Shown here: piece by piece, positions 44,457-51,225 of the stretch
Numbering within the stretch: the stretch's first letter is position 1
How the letters are laid out: each line of letters begins with the position of its first letter
Origin: Euryarchaeota archaeon UBA89
Lineage (GTDB): Archaea > Thermoplasmatota > Poseidoniia > Poseidoniales > Thalassarchaeaceae
NCBI GenBank assembly: GCA_002495525.1
Contig: DAFS01000008.1
Coordinates: forward strand, 1-53,615
Length of the DNA: 53,615 nt
Reading direction: 5' to 3'
The notes under the pieces: model-generated
The model's input: the letters and a program-made list of their open reading frames with translations, nothing else
Database searches by the model: none
Told to the model about the DNA's origin: nothing
Position numbers and translations under genes: made by a program

Positions 44457-45749
44457 TTAAAGTTGTAAATCTTTTTTGTATTGTTCAAAAACTTCTGAGA
44501 ATAATTGAATATCTGATTCAAATGTTTCAGGCAATAAAGGACCAAAAGAGAATCTAAAGAATCTCGAATAAGGAGTCACATAACTTGGATCTTTGGAGTG
44601 TGGCCTAGCCATATCACAATCTGAAGCGCATAATATAGCAGCGCCTTTTTTGAATAATCTATTATTCAATTCTTTACTTGTCATACCTTCGGGGAGCTCA
44701 AGCCAATGGTAAAATCCTCCATTACCAGTATACACTCCTAGCCCCATTTCTTTGAATGCTTTACCATATCTTTCACGCTGCCAATTGTAATGCTCTTCTA
44801 CAGCCTTTCTTGCCTTCTTAACACGTTTTGTCTCTAGTAATTTAACAGCGTATAATTGAGATGGATGACTTACTCCTCCCATACCAAAACTTGAGTAATT
44901 AGATAGAGTTTCAACATTCTTTTTACTAGCAATAATCCAACCAACTCTGATTCCAGGAGATTGAAGGCCCTTAGTACATGCTCCTGCAATGAATACGTTA
45001 CTATTATCAAGATCATTAACAAACTGTATTCCGCTGACGGATGGTGAATGAAACATTTCATATGCTTCATCAAGAAGAATACCGTTTCCAGATTGCTCCG
45101 CTAATTGGATTAATTCTCGGAGTTCATCACCGTGACGAGTTTGACCAGAAGGATTCTGAGGATTAGAAATTATTGGCATAAGATGAGTTTTAGCATTTAG
45201 ACCAGAACGGTCGAAGTATTCTGCATTAGTCGGGTGGAAATTATTTTCTTTGGTAAACGGAACAATCTGAAAGTTTGTGTTTGTTTGTTCCATAATATCT
45301 AGATAAGCTGGCCATTCAATATTTCCAATTCTCGCTTGAACATTATCTTTCAAAAATGCTAGTACTGTGTATATTCCAGGTCTTCCTCCTGCAAAAATCA
45401 TTATGTTATCTGGGGTAATTTTTGAACCATATTGTGAATTATAATATTCTACAATTGATTCTCTTAACTTCGGATGCCCCCATGCTTTGGGATAGAAACG
45501 ATCTTCCCAAGTTACATCAATACTATCTGGCAGAGATGGGCCGTCAAATTTTTCTAATGGAGTGGTTAATGGAAAGCCTTGTGACCAAGGATGCGTCCCC
45601 TCTGTTCCAATGAAACTACCGAATGAATCTTTGAATGCGTAAAGTGTCTCGTAGATTCCCATAGGTGGACAATTATCAGATAAGAATGACTCAGTCATGT
45701 TCGTCCGAGTAATATCAAGCAAATTAGTTTGCCCATGCTTCATTTTCAT
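44457..45749 (-). CDS. Class I/II PLP-dependent aminotransferase
   Basis: ISNPQNPSG (NPxNPxG), LLDEAY, and the PLP-lysine region GACTKGLQSPGIRVGW. Confidence 0.85.
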   Translation of the reverse strand: MKMKHGQTNLLDITRTNMTESFLSDNCPPMGIYETLYAFKDSFGSFIGTEGTHPWSQGFPLTTPLEKFDGPSLPDSIDVTWEDRFYPKAWGHPKLRESIVEYYNSQYGSKITPDNIMIFAGGRPGIYTVLAFLKDNVQARIGNIEWPAYLDIMEQTNTNFQIVPFTKENNFHPTNAEYFDRSGLNAKTHLMPIISNPQNPSGQTRHGDELRELIQLAEQSGNGILLDEAYEMFHSPSVSGIQFVNDLDNSNVFIAGACTKGLQSPGIRVGWIIASKKNVETLSNYSSFGMGGVSHPSQLYAVKLLETKRVKKARKAVEEHYNWQRERYGKAFKEMGLGVYTGNGGFYHWLELPEGMTSKELNNRLFKKGAAILCASDCDMARPHSKDPSYVTPYSRFFRFSFGPLLPETFESDIQLFSEVFEQYKKDLQL

Positions 45750-45796
45750 GTGTATGCCTTACTAAAATTAATAGAGTTTAATCTATACCGATTACT

Positions 45797-48700
45797 ATGA
45801 GTAGGCCGCCTAAATCAGTATTTGTTTCAATTTTTATAGTAATAACATTACTTGGAATGTCTTTATCTGCTATACCTAATAATGAAAATAAGGAACTCGA
45901 AGAGGAAGAGAAAAAGTTCTTCTCACATTCTAATGTAAACTTTGCAGGTTACCAGGAAGATTCTGTTTTTTCATATTCAACACTTTCTTCAGGCGGCTAC
46001 TCTCAATGTGTCATAACTGAAGATGAGAGAGTTGTATGTTGGGGAAGTAACGAACAAGGGAAAAGAGGCCTAGGAGGAGGAATAGGTGCTGATGAAACCA
46101 CCCCTTACGATCGCGCAGTTCCTTGGCTAGTTCAAAATTTAGCTGGTGGAATGGTTGAAGTTTCAACAGGTGGATGGTCAACCTGTTCTCTGGAAGATAA
46201 TGGCCAAATTTGGTGCTGGGGTGGCGGTGCATATGGCCAATTAGGTTCGGGGATTGATGTTTGTTACGATGATGGTACTAATACTTGTCAAATGGCTTCA
46301 AATCATCCCCCGTCTTCGATTATGTTACCTTCAGGGAAAACTGCAGTTTCATTATCTGATGCGAATCAGGGACATTACTGTGCTATTTTAGATACTGGGG
46401 AAGGTCTTTGTTGGGGGTGGAATAACCATGGCGAATTAGGAGATGGGACTGTTTGTACAGGCGGTAGTTGGTCTTCTTCAGCCAACAACCCTACTCCTGC
46501 AGGATGTAATGCAAACAACGGCAGGTATATCCCTCAGATAGTCGATGATTCAAATTTCCCTACAAACTCATCATTCATATCTATCTCAACTGGCTACCAC
46601 CATACTTGTGGCATTATAGACAATAATGATTTGTATTGTTGGGGTAGAAATGATGACGGGCAACTCGGCATAGGTTCTATCGCCGATGTGAATTATCCTC
46701 TACCTCAATTAGTAGATAGTAATGTAATAGCAGTTGGTACTGGAGACGACCATACTTGTGCTCTGTATGAATCTCAAATAGTGAAGTGTTGGGGTGCTAA
46801 TTATGACAGTCAACTCGGTACTGGTAATTCTTATTGGTATAACCAGCCGACATCAATTAATCTCAGCTTCAATATTCCAATAATCTCATTAGAGGTTGCA
46901 TATAAAAATACCTGTGCTATATCTGTACAATTAGTTCCATATTGTTGGGGTGCTAATTGGTGGGGGCAAACCGGTAATGGAGGTGGTGACAACACTCACC
47001 AATCAAATCCTCTCCCAATCGGAGTTAATACTGCGTTGATAGACTTTGGTGAGATGCCAAATGTAATTGCAACATCAATAAATGGCAATACACTTTGCAT
47101 AATTCATGCGGGCCAAAATAATTCTTCACATAGTCTTGGAGATGTGGTTTGTGGGGGTCAAGCATATAGGGGCCAAATGGGCGATGGAAATTGGAATAAT
47201 TCATGGTCTGATGTGAATTTAAGTCATGTTAATCTTTCATCGGATTACATAGGTCCTTCTTCTTACTATGGAGCAGGAGGAATTCATATTTCGGAAAGAG
47301 ATATAGATTCAGATTCTATAATAGCTATTCTCGATAATCTGCCCTATGGTTGTCCTGAAGGTAGTTTTGACCCATACTACGATGGTTCTTGTGTTCCTGC
47401 CGAAGCCGGTTATTTCAGTACAAATATAATGTACAATGAACAACTCCCCTGCGATTTAGGAACCTATCAACCAAACTCAGGACAATCAAGTTGTATTGAC
47501 TCTTCACCAGGTCATTTCGTAGATGCAATATCGTCCACTTCTCAACAGAATTGTCCATGGGGGACATATCAACCGAGCTCAGGACAATCAAGCTGTATTG
47601 ATGCATCACCCGGGCATGAAATTAATCTAGATTATACAGCACAAATAAGTTGTTCTTATGGATATTATCAACCAGATTCTGGACAACAACACTGTATCTC
47701 TAGTTCTTCGGGATATCATGTTCCAAATCTGGGCTCTTTAATTCAGATAGGTTGTGAACCGGGGACATATCAACCAAATTTTGGTGCTTCATCTTGTATT
47801 GACGCAAGTTTAGGGTACTTTGTAGAAGAAAGTAATGCATCGATGCAAGAAGCTTGTTTACCAGGAACTTATCAACCAAATTTCGGGTCTACATTTTGTG
47901 TTATTGCAAGTCCTGGACATTATGTTGATGCCTTCGGTACTTCTTTAGAAGAAGCTTGTAGTGAGGGAACATACAATCCATCTTCAGGTTCTAGTGATAT
48001 TTCTGACTGTCTAATAGCCGATCCAGGTAATTATGTTGATTTGGAAGGATCAGCGACTCAGTTTGAGTGCCCTATGGGAACTTATAATCCTAATAGTAAT
48101 TCCATTACATCAAATGATTGCTTATCTGCAGATTCTGGTTATTATGTAGAAAATACTGGTTCATCAGAACAAACTCCTTGTGATTTAGGTTATTACCAGC
48201 CTTCTACAGGACAATCGTTCTGTTTAGAATCCTCCAGTGGAACTTATGTTCCAAATACGGGATCATCCTCTGTCATGGATTGTTTAGAAGGGACATATCA
48301 GCCTTCCACAGGACAAGACAGATGTTTAGATACCGATGCAGGATATTTTACTTCTGTAGATAGAGCATCTTCTCAGACGCCTTGTTTAGCAGGTTCTTAT
48401 CAATCAGAGATAGGCTCTACGAGTTGTATCCAGTCTGATTCAGGATACCATGTTCCTTCCGAAGGTCAGGTTATGCAAACAATTTGTCCTGCAGGGCAGT
48501 ATCAGCCTCAATCAGGTTCTACTGAATGTCTGATTACAAATCCTGGAGAATACTCTTCTGCAGGGGCAATCTCTCCTTCTCCTTGTTTAGCTGGCTCTTA
48601 CCAAAGTGAATCCGGTCAATCGGGGTGCGTTCTAGCAGATGCCGGATTTTACTCAAGTGATGTTTCTTCAACAGAGCAAACGAGTTGTCAGCCAGGAGAA

Positions 48701-49090
48701 TATCAACCACTAACTGGACAATCTTCTTGCACATCTGCTGCTAGAGGAAATTTTGTTGATACCTACTCTGCAACAGAGCAAACTCCTTGCGATATAGGAA
48801 GTTATCAACCATTTATGGCATCAACTGAATGTGTTCTTTCTTCGATTAATAATTTTGTTGCATCTCCAGGGATGGTGGCACAAACAGCTTGTCCTAGTGG
48901 AGAATCACAGCCTCTGACAGGCCAATCATCATGTAACGTTGATTCGGAAGATTCGGAAATCCCTACATTTGCCTTGATTGGCGGAGTAGTAGCAGTTGCA
49001 CTAGTGATAATGGGTGTTTTGATGAGACCGGGTTCTAAGCCCCAAGCCAAAAGATCAGGTAAGAAGCGTAGAAAAATGAGAAAGAAGTAA
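45797..49090 (+). CDS. Secreted RCC1-repeat beta-propeller protein with a long ephrin-receptor-like Cys-repeat stalk and C-terminal TM anchor
   Basis: N-terminal signal/anchor. At least six RCC1-type blades: CWGSNEQGKRGLG, CWGGGAYGQLGSG, CWGWNNHGELGDG, CWGRNDDGQLGIG, CWGANYDSQLGTG, CWGANWWGQTGNG. About 14 repeats of C-x-x-GTYQP-x-x-GQSSC-x-x-x-x-PG-x-(F/Y)V follow. TM helix FALIGGVVAVALVIMGVLM, then the basic tail KRSGKKRRKMRKK. Confidence 0.8.
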   Translation: MSRPPKSVFVSIFIVITLLGMSLSAIPNNENKELEEEEKKFFSHSNVNFAGYQEDSVFSYSTLSSGGYSQCVITEDERVVCWGSNEQGKRGLGGGIGADETTPYDRAVPWLVQNLAGGMVEVSTGGWSTCSLEDNGQIWCWGGGAYGQLGSGIDVCYDDGTNTCQMASNHPPSSIMLPSGKTAVSLSDANQGHYCAILDTGEGLCWGWNNHGELGDGTVCTGGSWSSSANNPTPAGCNANNGRYIPQIVDDSNFPTNSSFISISTGYHHTCGIIDNNDLYCWGRNDDGQLGIGSIADVNYPLPQLVDSNVIAVGTGDDHTCALYESQIVKCWGANYDSQLGTGNSYWYNQPTSINLSFNIPIISLEVAYKNTCAISVQLVPYCWGANWWGQTGNGGGDNTHQSNPLPIGVNTALIDFGEMPNVIATSINGNTLCIIHAGQNNSSHSLGDVVCGGQAYRGQMGDGNWNNSWSDVNLSHVNLSSDYIGPSSYYGAGGIHISERDIDSDSIIAILDNLPYGCPEGSFDPYYDGSCVPAEAGYFSTNIMYNEQLPCDLGTYQPNSGQSSCIDSSPGHFVDAISSTSQQNCPWGTYQPSSGQSSCIDASPGHEINLDYTAQISCSYGYYQPDSGQQHCISSSSGYHVPNLGSLIQIGCEPGTYQPNFGASSCIDASLGYFVEESNASMQEACLPGTYQPNFGSTFCVIASPGHYVDAFGTSLEEACSEGTYNPSSGSSDISDCLIADPGNYVDLEGSATQFECPMGTYNPNSNSITSNDCLSADSGYYVENTGSSEQTPCDLGYYQPSTGQSFCLESSSGTYVPNTGSSSVMDCLEGTYQPSTGQDRCLDTDAGYFTSVDRASSQTPCLAGSYQSEIGSTSCIQSDSGYHVPSEGQVMQTICPAGQYQPQSGSTECLITNPGEYSSAGAISPSPCLAGSYQSESGQSGCVLADAGFYSSDVSSTEQTSCQPGEYQPLTGQSSCTSAARGNFVDTYSATEQTPCDIGSYQPFMASTECVLSSINNFVASPGMVAQTACPSGESQPLTGQSSCNVDSEDSEIPTFALIGGVVAVALVIMGVLMRPGSKPQAKRSGKKRRKMRKK
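47349..48940 (+). repeat. Tandem coding repeats of about 105-111 nt (ephrin-receptor-like/GCC2_GCC3-type Cys modules)
   Basis: Recurrent ggaac(a/c)tatcaacc...ggacaatcaag(t/c)tgtatt units. Adjacent copies at about 47461-47620 are near-identical at nucleotide level. Confidence 0.7.
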
Positions 49091-49150
49091 TTCTAATCTA
49101 TTTAGAGTAATTATCACTTATTTGATATGTGATAACCTCATGGCCAGTTC

Positions 49151-50200
49151 ATGAGACATTACCCCAGCGACCGAGTAGACCTTCGTAGCGATACTGTGAC
49201 TCAACCAACACCTAAAATGCGGGAAATCATGTCATCTGCAATAGTTGGAGATGATGTTCTAGGAGATGATTCGACCGTTAATGAATTACAAGAATACGTT
49301 GCGGAAATTTTAGGAAAAGAAGCAGCATTGTTCGTCCCTTCAGGAACAATGTCAAATGCAATTGCAATCAAATCACAGACAAGACCAGGTGATGAAATCG
49401 TTACACACAAGAAGTCTCATATTTACCTATATGAAGGCGGCGGATATGCATCACTTTCTGGTTGTTCAGTATCTCTGGTAGATGGAGATAAAGGTATTAT
49501 GGACCCTAATGATGTAAAGTCCGCGATTAGAAAGTCTGAAGGAAGTCACTCTCATTTCCCGAATTGTTCCTTAATTTGTGTAGAAAATACTGCAAATATG
49601 GGGGGGGGGTCATTATATCCAATAGATATACTAGATGCAATATGTAAGACTGCCCATGATAATAATTGCAGAGTCCATTTAGATGGAGCCCGTCTTTTCA
49701 ATGCAGTAATTGCTAGTGATATCAAGCCCGATAGAATGGTCCAAAATTTCGACACAATTTCTATTTGTTTATCAAAAGGTCTTGGTGCTCCTGTTGGGTC
49801 TTTACTTGTTGGTGATTCAGAAACAATCGCCGAAGCGCACCGTTGGAGGAAAATTTTCGGTGGTGGTATGAGGCAAGCTGGAATACTCGCAGCAGCAGGG
49901 TTGTACGCTTTGAAAAACAATATTGAAAGACTACATGAAGATCATACAAGGGCATACAAACTTGCAGAATCTGTAAACTCAATGAATGGTTTTGAAGTTG
50001 ATATTAGTTCAGTCCAATCTAATATGGCTTATATTACATGTCAAAATAAGCCTGCATCAGTAATAGTTTCACAGTTAGAAAAGTTGGGTATTGATGTGCT
50101 ATCAATAAATGATGATGTAGTGCGTGCAGTAGTCCATTTACACATAACAGATGAAGACATGTCTAGAACGATAGATGCATTTAGAAATATTAGCAATTAA
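49151..50200 (+). CDS. ltaE: Low-specificity L-threonine aldolase
   Basis: [18 protein letters not shown]...[16 protein letters not shown]...[13 protein letters not shown] and the PLP-lysine region [12 protein letters not shown]. Confidence 0.85.
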   Translation: MRHYPSDRVDLRSDTVTQPTPKMREIMSSAIVGDDVLGDDSTVNELQEYVAEILGKEAALFVPSGTMSNAIAIKSQTRPGDEIVTHKKSHIYLYEGGGYASLSGCSVSLVDGDKGIMDPNDVKSAIRKSEGSHSHFPNCSLICVENTANMGGGSLYPIDILDAICKTAHDNNCRVHLDGARLFNAVIASDIKPDRMVQNFDTISICLSKGLGAPVGSLLVGDSETIAEAHRWRKIFGGGMRQAGILAAAGLYALKNNIERLHEDHTRAYKLAESVNSMNGFEVDISSVQSNMAYITCQNKPASVIVSQLEKLGIDVLSINDDVVRAVVHLHITDEDMSRTIDAFRNISN

Positions 50201-50237
50201 CCCTCTACTTTTTGTGTTAAAACCGTTTCGAATTAAT

Positions 50238-51176
50238 ATGAATCGTTCTTTTGTAGTTGCAGTAACCTTTCTTTTACTAGTAACTTCACAACAAACGGCG
50301 GCTCAATCTGAAAATCTTAAGACTTGGAATGACGTAATTTCTGAATATTCTGATACAGGAACTCTAGGGGGTGTTTCCATTCCTCTAGATAGTAATCTTA
50401 CAAATTATACTGATACTATGACGGGGGACGAATGGCCGAGTCTGATTGAAGTATACACTGCAACTTGGTGCACCAATTGTGTTACAACTCAAAATACAAT
50501 TGACTCTCTATCAATACCAGAAGGAGACTCAATAATGAAAATACATTATCATCGATTTATCGCAGAGACTCAAGATCCATTTGGCTCACAAAAAACTGAT
50601 GATAGATGGATAGATAGGTACGGTACAACTTCTAGATTAAGTAATATCTACGAATATCAAAACTTAGCCCCATCAAAGATTTTTGATGGAGAAAGACTTC
50701 ATATCGGAACTACAAAAATATCTGATTCTCTGGCAATTGATTACCAAACTTCCTTAGACAAAGGTCCATCGATAGATATCTCTAATTTTTCTGCAACCTT
50801 CTCTTGGACAAATATTTCCGGAGTGAACGATTTTTCTTGGAATATATCTACTAACTCATTAAGCAATAAATATACCATTGAACCTATGATTTTTATTATT
50901 GAAGACGAAGGTTATTTCCCAGAGGGTGGAAATGGTGAGAAATACTATCGTCATATTCTTAGAGATATAATTCCATTATCTTCGGTTGAAGGGAATATTT
51001 CTTTTGATTATAACATAGCATATGATGGAGATGATCTAACTGCTGTACTTGTATTTGATTGGTTTTTTGATAATCCAGAGGAAGGTTTTACAGGTGCAAT
51101 CCCTTTTCCTAGCTCAGTAATTTTTGTTTCATTATTCATTGCAATATTTTTCTCTCGAAGCGAAAATAAGCAATAA
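50238..51176 (+). CDS. Secreted thioredoxin-fold-like protein (CxxC) with C-terminal membrane anchor
   Basis: Signal peptide MNRSFVVAVTFLLLVTSQQTAAQS, then SLIEVYTATWCTNCV (WCxxC), and the C-terminal helix VIFVSLFIAIFF followed by SRSENKQ. Confidence 0.5.
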   Translation: MNRSFVVAVTFLLLVTSQQTAAQSENLKTWNDVISEYSDTGTLGGVSIPLDSNLTNYTDTMTGDEWPSLIEVYTATWCTNCVTTQNTIDSLSIPEGDSIMKIHYHRFIAETQDPFGSQKTDDRWIDRYGTTSRLSNIYEYQNLAPSKIFDGERLHIGTTKISDSLAIDYQTSLDKGPSIDISNFSATFSWTNISGVNDFSWNISTNSLSNKYTIEPMIFIIEDEGYFPEGGNGEKYYRHILRDIIPLSSVEGNISFDYNIAYDGDDLTAVLVFDWFFDNPEEGFTGAIPFPSSVIFVSLFIAIFFSRSENKQ

Positions 51177-51225
51177 ATCAGGCTAATTTATCGTTGGGTT
51201 CAATAACTGTCGTCATCGACATACA

